A stretch of 64,000 nucleotides of DNA from Podarcis liolepis (Eukaryota): the NCBI GenBank assembly GCA_965112155.1, contig OZ218113.1. One strand, 5' to 3'. This document shows, piece after piece, positions 51,462-64,000 of the stretch; within the stretch, counting starts at the first letter, position 1, and every line of letters starts with the position of its first letter. A model generated the notes under the pieces. The model did no database searches. It saw only the letters and a program-made list of their open reading frames with translations, and was not told the origin of the DNA. The position numbers were made by a program, and so were the translations under genes.

Positions 51462-54400
51462 CCCCTAAATTAGTCTTCTCCAGTTGTTCTGGACTACACA
51501 TCCCATCTTGCCCAATAGTCTGGGATGACAGGAGGTGTAGTCCAAAACATCATCATCATATTTATATTTATATTTAATTTATTAAATATGTATACCACCC
51601 TTTAGCCATAGATCTCAGGGCGGGTCATAGCATAAAAAAATATAAAGACAAAAAATACATAATAAAAACAAGAACAAACCAAACCAAAACCCCTCTCCCC
51701 CAACACATTTAAAAGGATATATGATGTTAGCCATATAGAAGGCACCAATTTGGGGAAGGATACCCTAAGCTGTAAGCTGTGATGAATTCAAACAGGCCAA
51801 TTCCCTTCTTCCATCCCCGCCCCCGCAGCTGACATCCTCAGCAGTTTATTCTAAATGCATAGATCTGCTTTCCCCATCCAGATCTTTGGGACTACAACTT
51901 CCATCAGCCGCAGCCTGCATGGGAGCAGGGGCTAATAAGCAGCATGCAGCCAACTATGTTCCGTGCCTTCTATAGATCTTGGAAGCCACTTAACACCAGT
52001 CTCTCTTGAAACCTTAAATAAAAATAAAAAATTGCATACTTGGGGATTGCCCTGAGTATGCAGCCCTATATACCTTCCCAATGGGAATGGTGCCAAGCAA
52101 AAGTTGGTATTAGAGGGAACGATGACCAAGAATGGGAGTGTCCTATACAGCCCCATCAAGGCAGAAGACAATTGGGAGACACTATTCTGGCATTGGAGAG
52201 ATTGGGGTGTTGAAGATTTGCACCTCCTTGCCATGCAATTTTAGCCTCTTTCACATGTTATTCACGTGAAAGGGACATCAAACAAGTACTGGGAATTGGT
52301 GTTGCAGTCCTGTCCCGGCCTCTGGCTCTGAGCACACTGCCTGGCCTGGCCTCCAGATCAGTGGTTTTCAACCAGTGTGCTGTGGCACCCTGGGGCACCT
52401 TGAATGATGGTCAGGGGTGCCATGGGCAGCACTGGGCTCTGTCCCTCTTTCCTTCCCTCCCTCCTCTGATGCCCTCTTGTGTCATTACCTCCCAAAGGCT
52501 TGCATAGCTATTTATTGCAGAAGCCCTGGCTATAAGCTCCACAGGAGAATGGTGCCTCTGGGAGGCACCTCTCTTGGGGTGGGGGCAGCTCAGAGACCAG
52601 GGGAGGCAGCAACAGCTGCCCGGAGGACTTCCAAGGAGAGGGGAGAGGAGGCTGAGGGAATGCTCCACAAGGGAGGGTGTTCGTAAAAGGGTGGGAGGCT
52701 TCCAGCATTACAGGCAAGGGGAGACAAAACTGGGATCTTGAGCCCCACAGGGGTGCCACAAAAAGAATGTAGTTGGTCAAGGGAGCCATGGACTCAAAAA
52801 GATTGAAATCCTCTGCTCTAGATAATTATATATTAACTGATGCACAGGTGTGCATGTGTGCACAGTTGATGACACCAAGACCATAAGAGATTGCTGGATC
52901 AAGCCAATGGCCCCTTAAGCAGAGGTTGGGTGGCCATCTGTCATGGATGCTTTAGTTGAGATTCCTGCATTGCAGGAGACTGGACCAGATGACCCTTGGG
53001 GTTCCTTCCAATTCTACAATTCTATGAGTCTACCCCCTATGGGAAGCCCACAAGCAGGGCCTGAGCACAACAGCACTCTTTGTCCACCTGTGGTTTCCAG
53101 CAACTGGTGTGGCCTCTAACTGTGGAAACAGAGTACTGTACAGCCACTGTGTCTAGTAGCCACCAATAGCCCTCTCCTCCATGAATTCGTCAAATCCTCT
53201 TTTAAAGCCATCTAGGCTGGTAGGTATGTCATCTAGACACACATGCAGGCACCGCAATTTAAGGAGGATATTGACAAGCTGGGACATGTGCAGAGAAGGG
53301 AAACCAAGATGATGACCCTTGGAGTCCCTTCCAAGTCTACAATTCTATGATTCTATGTCTAGAAGTGGGGTCAGGCAGTGCGTCCTTGTTCCCTGCTGCT
53401 TGTGTAATGCTCCCTTTATGAAAGCAAAACATGTGGGCTTTTTTCATGCCACCTTTTTTGACATCGCCCCCCCCCCCCCCGCCTAAGTGATGGAACAGAA
53501 ACATACAGCTAAGGAAAGACACAAGTTAATAATGCACGTGGAAATAAGACAGAAGGGAAATCCCAGAAGTTAGAGACACCGCTCCAGAAATTTGACACAC
53601 CGGTTAAACTTGGGTGGTGTTGAATACACCAGATTGGCCTTCCACCCACATTTTCCCAGAAGCAGCCTTGGGCAATCAAGTACACACACATACGTGTGTG
53701 TGTGTGTGTGTGTGTTATGTCTGGACTGTTCTCACATTCTGGCCACTCTCCAAATACGTGCTCGGTCTGACTTAGCCATGAAGAGCACAGGAATAAGTTG
53801 CAGCTAAGAAAAGTTCCATGCTGCCGCAAATTTAGCCTCCAGTGAGTCAATACATGGCTGCAGGGTGGGTGGGGAGGAGGGCAGCTCAATAGGAAAGAAC
53901 TGGCCATGGTCAGCTGAGACAGCCTGAAGGTTAACGGTACCTTTTATGAATGTTGTGTAGTCTTCCCACTACCTTGGGCATGGAGGGAACCTCTGCTAAA
54001 TCCCTGAAATGTGGTTAAAAATCAAAATGCCCCTAGAATTGTTAAAAGGTCAAGGCCCACCCTACCATGACTACAGCTAAGCACGAGATCTTCTTCATGG
54101 AGTTGTGAAGCTCCATGAGATGCACGGATGGCTAAAATGTTATAGGCTGCCAGCCTTGTATGTGGACAGAGGTTCATCTGGCTCTGGAAGGGTCAGAATA
54201 AAAGGTGGTGAACTGGCTGCTCGTGGGCGACATTGAGGCCCCAACACAACCTCATCGTGCCATGCAGGGGCAGCTTCGTATCTTGAATGGCCAACTGACA
54301 ACCCTCTCATTGGCAATGGTCCTGACACAGAGAGGCCTCTCAGGTAACCCTGTAACTAGAGGGGGAGAGAAGCAGCTGGCAGGTCCTTTGCCCAGTGTGT

Positions 54401-55749
54401 ATACAGCAGATTCTACCTGGCCAATGTGCTCTGAGGGGTATCTGTGTGTCATCATTGGGCAGTTAGCTTCTAAGCAGGTAGCCTGGATAGAATCCAGCGC
54501 TGTAGACTGAAGACATGCTGCTGCTTGCCAGTCTTTATATTTAAGATGCATTTGCACTGATGACATGAATACAAATGTCAAAATGTTCATATACTACTAC
54601 TAGATCTCCCCCCCCCCCCATTTCTCTACTAGCTAATGACAAGTCAGGAAACCTCAGTTTGTATTCAAAACGGTGGGGATCTCTTCATGTCTGTGACACC
54701 ATTTCCATATTTTTTTTAATGTTAAAACACACACACACATACACACACACCAAGTTAAAGGAATGAGAAAGATAACAGCAGGGAGGATAAGAAAGGGGTG
54801 GCATAATCTAAAGAGAAGGCAGTGTTAAAACATTTGCAAGTTGCTCCACGGTTTTAGGATATGGCAGTTTATAAATGGAAATTAGTTAAGAGCTCTAATT
54901 TCAATGGTCAATGGTCAAAAGCTCTGTCTCAGGTGTGGGGCACCTTCGGTGCTCCAGAAGTTGCTGAACTGCAACTCCCATCATGCTTGGCCATTGGCCA
55001 TGCTTGCTGTGGCTGATGGGAGCTGTAGTTCAGCAACACCTGTAGGGCCCAAGGTTCCGCACACCTGCTCTATCTGGTGCAGGACATGCACGACAAAAGA
55101 GGGAGCCACATAGTGCAGCTAGATAAAAACAGTGTTTGCATGTTATATTGCATTTGCCAAGACTCAACCTCAGGGAGGGAGCCTCCAATAGGAAACCTTG
55201 GTGTCAAGGGCACTTCCCAGCCAAGGAATGCACACCACAGAGAGTTAACTCTTCATGGTCAAACATAACACTTGCTTCTACAGCTCTGGAGACCTGGGTA
55301 GCTATTCCCAGTAATGTGTTTTAAGGAGCAGTTGCAACAACTGGAGACCACTCCTTCTCCACCAGTTGATGTACCTTCACCCTGTGGGCTGTGTGTATGT
55401 AGCCAGCGACTATGCCTGCATGGAAGCTGCTTCTGCTCTTCCTGCTTCAATTATCTCCTGGTTCTGGGAGACTGTGGTGCAGGGAAAGCACCCGGCACTT
55501 CACTTGCCTAGCTTGCCTCTTCCACCTCCTGCCTCTGATTCTTGCCCCCTGGCTGGTACAGGTCCCCGAAGACCACTTCCCCTGCTCTCCTGAGTCAGAC
55601 TCCAGCCCCACTCCCCACAGTGCACACTCGTCAGCATCATGCCAGTCCCTGGCGCTTGGGAAGGCGATGGCTACTGGACTGGGTTATTGGTTCTCAGAGT
55701 GGGAATTTGCAGGGGTTTTTTTAGCACAGATGAAAGGTAAGAAAGAGGT

Positions 55750-56222
55750 GACATGATGGAAGCTTATAAAACTATGCATGGCACAGAGGAAGTGGGCAGA
55801 GAAAAGTTTTTCTCCTTGTCTTCTAACACTAGAACTTGTGGACTTCGAATGAAGCTGAATGTTGAAGACTCAGGACAGGTGAAAGAAGAGTATTTTTCAC
55901 TAGCACATAGCTAAGACTCGCTCCCACTGGAGGCAGTGATGGCCACCAACCTGGATGGCTTTAAGAGAGGATTGGGTAAAGTCATGGAGAAGAAGGCTAC
56001 CAAGGGCTGCTAGCCATGATGACTATGCTTTGCCTCCATGGTATGAGGCAGCAATGCTTCTGAATGCCAGTTGCTGGAAACCACAGGAGGGGAAACTGCT
56101 CTTGTGCTTGGGTCCAGCTTGTGGGTTTCCGAAGCGGCATCTGTTTGGCAACTGTGAGAACAGGATGTTGGACAAGATGAGCCACTGGCCTGGTCCAGCA
56201 GGCTCTTCTCCTGTTCTTAAGT
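55750..56222 (+). mobile_element. CR1-type LINE 3' fragment
   Basis: RGDMMEAYK start, then NLDGFKRGLGKVMEK, then a 3' UTR homologous to 9212-9570. Confidence 0.7.
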
Positions 56223-57744
56223 GGAGATGTGGCATTTTCCTTTGTTTCTCCCAACTCAGGTTTATTTGTGCTTTCTAGTTTATACTTCCCTCACCTTTAA
56301 CAGCAAACTCAGTCAATGAGTGCTTACAGGACTGGGGGACAAAAGGTGGCCATTGAGAACTGAGAGGGTGGTACCAACATGTAGGGTATTGGTGGGGGGA
56401 ACCTAGAAGTATCTCCAAAGCATTGAGGGTTGTATCCAACTTAGTGTTACTCAAAGCACAGAAATTAATGGGCCTGAGTTAGTCATATCCATTAATTTCA
56501 ATGGGTCTGCTCAGAGTAAGGCTAATATTGGATGCAACCCTAAAAACAAAACAGGTAACCCCCAATTCCCAAATAGCACCCCAGTTGGGACTGACAATAC
56601 TCAGTGTTCTCCAGGAACCATGGACTGTTGAGTGTCAAAAGCAGGGTGGAGAGGAAGGGAAGGGAAGGGGAAACCTGGAGTGGTGGTGTACAAAACAGCT
56701 TGTTTCATCCCCTTGCAGTTTATATTGTTCTGGATGTGGGCATGGCAGATTAAATGGCCAATCCTGAACAGGAGCACTCCTGTTAGATTGTGAGAATACA
56801 CTGGAATATTTTGTAGCAGGTACAACTTTTGCATGCATTTAAAACACCACTGGTGGCAAGAATGAGGGGGAAAGAATACTGGTGAGATTTCATTTTCCTT
56901 GGCCATACCTTTACTTTCAAGGAGTAAAAGGGAGGGGGCGTTGTAAGTTTACCAGTGGTGATAACTGGATACACCGAAGGCAGGTTCAGAAGGAGCCAGA
57001 GGGAAAACACAAGTGGTAGCTGGTTCTGTGTATCATACTATTCCCTTACCCCTCTTGGCAGACAGGTACCATGGGTCATAGTAACGCTCCTCCAGGTCTC
57101 CCAGGGGTTGTAACTACTGCTTAATGATTAGTGTGGTTCTTGACCATTTATGAGTTACAATGGGAGGGGGCAATATTCGGCGAATGCCAACACTCACTTG
57201 TGAACAAATGGGTGTTGAGAATTTCCAAAATAGGTCTGCGTCCCCCCACATTGAGGACCTATACGAGCGAACGCTGGCAAAACGTATTTCGGCAACTGCC
57301 AACTTTCCCTGGTGTTATCTTGGGAGATTTTGGGGCTGTTGCATTTGGGGTTGTCAGTCTTGACACCCGCCACATTTTAGACACGGATATGCAAAAGTGA
57401 AATTCGTGAAATGCTGATATACCGCTAGCGTCAGAATTCCCTCCGCCCCCAAGAGTCACGCTTTGGACTGAGTAGTATTTTAGCAAGAGTTTGAGAATGA
57501 GGGAACTGAATGACTGCGCTAACTTACAACAGGACTGTATCCATTTCTACAAGGCAAGGGGTGTACTGGTATAATGAGATGCCACAAGATTCGCTACCAA
57601 AGGAGAGAACACCCAAGGCCTCCGCTTGGATGAGGCGTGAGGCATGTTGCCGCCCTGAAGACCATCCTTCCATGCCCGTACAATCAGGTCAACCTGTAAG
57701 TTCTGGAGGGAGCAGTTTCCCTTGCCACACTGGGGGTGGGGGAA

Positions 57745-57777
<33 letters not shown>

Positions 57778-58316
57778 CACACACACACCCCTCCCGAGAT
57801 CCACGCCAGCAGTGAGCACAAGCAATAATTCAAACTCGACTGCTTCAGCACAAGGGGTGGGGGAGATATGAAGCCTCTACCACTGCAAATTCGTTCTCAA
57901 ACCACCATTGTCTAGGGCTAACAAGAAGCTCTTTTGATGTGTCCTGAAGATCGGAGCGAGGGGGAGCGTGGGGGGGGGGCGGGCGGGCGGATGTGCTATG
58001 GAGAGGACTCAGGGAAATGGCAAAGGAGAAAAATCATTCAGCTACGAGGCAAGACACACAAAAAAAAGCGGGGGGGGGGAGGGTTATCCATTGTAATTTC
58101 TGGGCTGGCTCAGGATGATGTCATAATGGCAGGCAGCAAATGCAACGGCCAAATGCTGGGCACCCTGTAAATCTCTCTGCCCATGTGACCTCTAATACTG
58201 ATTTGGCCGAAATACCAAATATTTCTATCATTTTACATGTAGGAGATCGTTTCTGGTTTGCGAAGCATCACAACCCCTCCTCCATCCACTCTTGGGATAC
58301 TGCTGCCAATTTCCAG

Positions 58317-58358
<42 letters not shown>

Positions 58359-59243
58359 GAGAGAAGGAGTGTGTGTGTGAGAGAGAGAGAAAAGGAAAGG
58401 ATGGGGGAGGAGGCAGAGACCTCACTCTCTACAAGCACACACCCCTTTCGCTACTACAAAGACATCACTAGCAATCACATTTGCAATAGTACAAATGCTG
58501 GCTGAACCACCGCCACCATCTCCTCTTGCCTGCTTTTTCTCGCACCCTCCAGTAAAAAAGAAAGAAGGGAAGAGGGGGGAAAAACCCAGCCCTCTGTCAT
58601 TTTATAGGAGTTGCCCGGTCCTTTATAGTGTCAAATGGGAACAATGCAGTTAGCCGTAAAATGAATGAATGAGAATGAATGAATGCAAACAGCTAAGCAA
58701 TTCGCCATGAGAGGCGGCAGTGGTTCCTTCCACTGGTCAAACCATCAGCACTCATTAAAATTATAATCATCAATATCTCCAGTCACTCCGTCGTTCCCCC
58801 CACCACCACCCCTCCTCCTCCTCTTCCTCCTCCCAGACAGACAGAAATTATACTCAACAAAAATGGATGCAATTTGGAACAAACCAATCAGAGGGAAAAA
58901 AGAAAAGAAAGAAAAGCACCTCTTCCTTCCAAAAGCCACGTTTAAATTTCAACCTGCTGCAAATAAATCCCAAATTGCTAAGAGATATTTTCAAAATATT
59001 CTGCAAAAGATTTTTTTCTTTAAATAAAAAAAAACCACCTCTCTCTCTCTCTCTCTCTCTCTCAATATCTAGTTGCTATGCCAACAAAAAGATAGAAAGA
59101 GAGAGAGAGAAAGAGAGAGAGAGAGAAAGAGGGCGTTGGGAGAGAATTCTTGACCCCTTCCCCAGACTGACACAGTCACATCAGAACGAGGAGGGGAGAA
59201 GAAAAAAAAGGATAGCGGGGCAAGGGGTGTGGTGGCTGCTTAC

Positions 59244-59378
59244 CAAAGATGCTGATTTGATTGTGGCAAAGCGTTCTCGGTTCCGGTAGTGGAGGGCCCG
59301 ATTCTGGACTGAGTGGGTAGGCCGCAGCTCAGGCCTGCGCTCCCCGTGGCCCACCTCATCCCTTATGAATACATGATC
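59244..59378 (-). CDS. TAOK3: TAOK3 coding exon (135 nt), the most upstream exon recognised in the window
   Basis: tgcag|GAT...TTG|gtaagc; DHVFIRDEVGHGERRPELRPTHSVQNRALHYRNRERFATIKSASL; not in the ORF track. Confidence 0.94.
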
Positions 59379-62300
59379 CTGCAGAAATGGATGAAAACAA
59401 GGAGAAAGTCCAGTTGTGCTCTTTCTTCGCCGGCTGCCTCTCTTTCACCCCTCTTTTTGCACAAGCCCTGCTGTTTGAAATGCATAGTTTGGCTCTCTGC
59501 TAGTCCCTGCAGCTCTCACAGTACAAAATGAATAAGCAACACATTGCAGCCTTCAGTTAGGAATGTCAGCTGATCGCTAGTGGGATGCCTTCTGAATCCC
59601 TGGCAGATTTTTTTTTTTAACCTCCAGAATTACATATGTGCAAAAAAGAGAATCAAAAACACAAAGCGCTGCAGAGCAGTCAGAGTCCTCAGAAGGGCTT
59701 GCTTAAAACACTGCACCCAAATAATCCCTTTAAAAACATGGTTTCCATGGCTAGCAAAGATGCTGCTGCTGCTGCTGGTGGTGGTGGTGGTGCTGCTGCT
59801 GCTCCCTTTGAACACAGAAGCAAGGATCTGCCACATTCCCTTTTCCAGCCTGGATTTTCCTCTGGACTTGCTATCTGCTCTGAAGAAGAAGCATTTCTGT
59901 CTAAATAGATGCAGGATGGAGGAGACCAGCCTCTCTGTGTGTGTCTTGTGCTGGAAAGACTCTGTGACCACTCAGGGATCCTGCTTTCTAGTCATGATCG
60001 TGCACGGTTCTAGCATTTTCTCTCCATAGCCTTGGAAAGGAAATTTTTTTTACATTTAAAGAGACAGAACACAGTTTAATACAAATGATCTTTGCTAAGT
60101 TTTTTCTTCTCTCCTGTGACCCAGAGCTTCAGGAAACAATGACACTATGGCCAGAATTTGTGTTTTAAGTGTCATACTGTCTCTCACATATTTATTTTTT
60201 TAAAAAATAAAATGGTTGCATATGTCATTTGGGAAATTGCATTCTTCCAGTGGCAAATGCCTGTGTCTTGGATCTGGGACATGGGAGTTTGAATTTCAGA
60301 TCATCTGTGGACATGTTGGGTGGCCTTCAGTGCTGTGTTACCTCTCGGCCTCAGTAACTCTTCTGCATAATGGGAATAAATCAGTGACCTACACACTGTG
60401 TCATTTCAGGCTATATATTATTATCTGCTACTTATAAATTATTATACATGCCCAGATTTAAACAGACCACTAAAAAGAGAACCCTGTTATTGTAATTTGA
60501 AATAAAGAAAAGGCTACTTTTAAGCTGCCAGCCTCCAAGCTAGGGAAACTCAAATTCTTTCCCCCAACATTTTTCAGCAAGGAAGGAGACTGGTTGCATT
60601 CATCCTGCCATCTATAGTAGCTCCAAGAAGCAGGGTGTGGCATACTAAGAACCCAAAAGCAAGGGTGGCAAACCTGTGGCCCTCGAGATGTTGTCAGGTT
60701 CTGACTCCCATCATCTCTGACCACTAGCCAGAGTTGACAGAAGCTGGAGTACAGCAACATCTGAAAGGCCCTACAGAAATAAGACCAAGCCCATCTAGTC
60801 AGACATCCCATTTCCAGTGGCAGCCAGAAAAGTATAAAATGAACTTTCCGCTTTTTCAGAAGTCAGAGCCACTGGATTTTCATTCTTATTATGCGCAAAG
60901 GGACCGTAAAACCAAGGAATTGGTTCTAATGGACAAAACAAATAATACAGAACCATGGCACCGACTGGAGATCAGGTTTAAGGCAGCCCATAGGTCCTAA
61001 GACTATTTGTTTTAAAAATAAAGAATCAGGATGCTACTTCAGGGGTATTACTCTGCCTGCCCTACATGCACACGCAGCACTTCAAGGGAGTTTGGCCACA
61101 TACCCTTGCTGACCAGCATGGGTCGCCCAGAGTTTCCTAGGAATCAGAGAGCTCCATCAAAAGAACTGGCTATCCTCTTATTTTTAGGTGCGATCAGAGA
61201 CTGATCATGCTAGGGTATGTCCCCTTCAAGATCAAGCATGCAAACCACAGGCGATTAATTAAGACCGGCATGAAAAACCCACTCTACTTGTTACCAGGAT
61301 CTGGTGACTCTTTCAAGTTACTCCAGGTTCCGATTATCCTCCTGAACGTAAACATGTTCAGAATGACCGTTTTCATTTATTACATTGTGTTGATGCTGTA
61401 TAAAGCAATAAGAATTGGAACACCCCCACCAAATCACTGGGCAATGGACATTCAAGAAGTATTACTGCATGTTGATGTGTCGTGTAAGCAAGGCCCCAGA
61501 GGCACTCTGGGCAAGTCATCCAGGTCCTAAAGACTGATCTTCAAAACACAGAAATGGTCCTAGGCAGGGCTGGCTTTTTGTAAAGGAACACAATTAATTT
61601 GCCAGTGTTAATGGGTTAGCAAATGCTTTGCTATATCCAGAAGGCTCTGTGTGTCACTTCTTCCCCATCCCTTTCAGCAGCTACTAGCATTTTTCTCTTC
61701 TCACATCCATGTGGACCCCATTCCAAACCAGTCTGTACTAAATATCTCTTCGGTACCTTCCAAGTAAGTGCAACCCTAATTATGCATGCTTCAGAGTTTG
61801 AGAATCAACCTGCACCATCAACCTGGTGCTCGCCAGATGTTTTGGACTGCGACTTCCATCACCACCGCCTGCTTTTGGCAATGCTGGCAGGGGCTGATGA
61901 GAGCTGGGAGCCCAGCAACTTCTCGAGGGCACCAGGATGGAGAAGGCTGTCCTAACAAAACCACCCAGAAGTTACCAGGTGCCAAATGGGCAGCTCCACC
62001 ATGTTTCAATTCCAAATGAACCGCGAATCTGGAGCAAAATGGTATCAAACAGAGCACTTGTTGCATGTGGGTCTGCTCCTGTTTCCCCATCCCTCCTAAT
62101 TGACATGGGGCACATAAACAAGCATCAGGACCTCTTACCATTTCCCAGGAGACTTTTCATCGGATTTAAGTTCTGTATAACATTCAAAAAAGCCAACAAG
62201 ATGGAACAAGGGAAAGTCCGCTGTCCATCCACATAAGTCTAAATGGATTTTGTGAGGACATAAGTACAGAAGGAGTAAGGTCTTGTCATTGGACTATGCA

Positions 62301-63586
62301 GGAGAGATGTTCAGAAGTTGAGTGAGCACATCCTTGAAACTCATTGATAATGGTTTAAAGCCTTTGTTTCCTATCTGCCTGAATTGCAAACATAACCAAT
62401 CAACAGGCCAGTGTGTTTCTACGGTATGAAAATAACACTGCGTGGTTGTTATTATTATTGTTATTGTTTGCAGAACCTTTTCCAGAGGCTGCATCCAGGA
62501 GGACCTGGGCATCATCGCTTCCATTTTCTGCTCCTTTTTCTTAGCTCTGTAAGTGTAGCAGATCACTAATCGAGAAGTCCTAAGGTGGTGCAGAAGCATC
62601 ATCAGTGAAGGTTGCTTAACAGCAAGTTACACAAGCACGGCTGGAATACTATCCGGGTGTCTTCTTCAGCATATCCAAGTGCAACCAGTTCTTTGAATAA
62701 GGAAGCTTGAGGAAGGAGTCCCATTTCCAGCAAGAGGAATTGACTCACGATGTGTCCAATATTGCCACTTTATGGTTTTCTAGTGCAGAAGAGTCTATGC
62801 TTGCAGGAAGGATGCAACGTTTATCCTAGGAAAAACTGACCAAGATTCTCCTTGGCTGACAAGTGATGAAGTGCATCTTTCAGAGCATAGCTGTTAATAC
62901 AAATAGGGTAAGATGCATCTGGCATGTAACTCGAATGTATAAGCAGCAACTTTTTTGAGGAACTACAATCTGAACTAAACAGGGCTGTTTTCCAAACAAG
63001 GAAATTTTGGGGTTTTTTTTAAAAAAAAATATTAAGGTGCATATTAAAATTCAAAGGAACTTGGAAAATCTCATCAACCTTATTTGGAGGCTGAGCAGGG
63101 ACTCCAACTTCACATCCATTATCATGCAAAAGATTACTCTTATGTGGATGTGCAAACTTCATCCACCGGTGTGATGGATGGGGCCACTTGTGCGAGAAAT
63201 AAGCAACCTACAAAGGCTACTTGATTGAAGTTGGCCTTATTCTCCATCTTCACCACTGGCAGGTAAGTTTTATGCATGTGAGATTTATTTTTAGGGCCAC
63301 AGTAAACTACTCTATACTGAGACAAGGACCACCGGTCCATCTAACACAGCATTGTCTACAATGACTGGCAAAGGCTCTCCTTCTTGCCCTAACTGGAGAT
63401 GTCAGGGTTTGAACCAAAGACCCTTTGCATATGATGTGAGTGCTCCATCACAGAGCAAAAATAAAATAATAAAATAATAAAAAACAACCCACGCCCCAAT
63501 TTGTTAAGGATAGAGGAAAACAGTGTTTGGCCAGAGTTTGAGAGGCCAAGTCTGCATTTTATTGGAGGAGGCTAATGGTTGCATTA

Positions 63587-63968
63587 GGGACGTGGGTGGC
63601 GCTGTGGTCTAAACCACTGAGCCTCTTGGGCTTGCCGATCAGAAGGTCAGTGGTTCGAATCCCTGCAACAGGGTGAGCTCCTGCTGCTCGGTCCCAGCTC
63701 CTGCCAACCTAGCAGTTCAAAAGCACACCAAAAAGTGCAAGTAGATAAATAGGTACTGCTCTGGTGGGAAGGGAAATGGCGTTTCCATGCGTCGCTCTGG
63801 TTTTGGTGTTCCGTTGTGCCAGAAGCAGCTTAGTCATGCTGGCCACACGACCTGGAAAAACTGTCTGAGGACCATCGCCGGCTCCCTCGGCCTGTAAAGC
63901 GAGATGAGCACCGCAACCCCAGAGTCGTCTGCGACTGGACTTAACTGTCAGGGGTCCTTTACCTTTTT
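63587..63968 (+). mobile_element. Sauria/Squam1-type SINE with TSD
   Basis: Full head GGGACGTGGGTGGCGCTGTGG; 14-bp direct repeat TAATGGTT(G/A)CATTA at 63573-63586 and 63969-63982. Confidence 0.92.
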
Positions 63969-64000
63969 TAATGGTTACATTAACTTACATGAAACTAGCT

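Noticed and set aside
59580-60029. ORFs with poly-Leu/Val, poly-Ala/Gly or poly-Ser/Thr runs
   Set aside because: Produced by a compound (TGC)n(GGT)n(TGC)n microsatellite in an intron

Overview
Eukaryotic DNA from a squamate reptile, most likely a lacertid lizard, judged from the many Sauria/Squam1-type and Squam3-type SINEs and the CR1/L2 debris. The window corresponds to the vertebrate PEBP1-TAOK3 tail-to-tail locus. The minus strand carries the last eight coding exons and the 3' UTR of TAOK3 (59378 down to ~16400), with one GC-AG intron and one exon partly hidden by an N gap. The plus strand carries exons 2-4 of a PEBP1/RKIP-like gene (6800-13090) with intact splice phases but substitutions in normally invariant pocket motifs (DPDAP->DLDVP, GPP->APA); its exon 1 is not visible. 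The most interesting feature is at 780-4821: two intronless, convergently transcribed paralogous genes (211 aa and 176 aa) encoding basic, Arg/Lys-rich proteins that I cannot assign to any known family. They share two conserved protein blocks with mostly synonymous differences, an identically spaced ATTGG-CCAAT-ATTTGAAT-TATATAAG promoter, and a homologous polyA region. The rest is intronic or intergenic repeat sequence. Most short ORFs in the supplied track are spurious.
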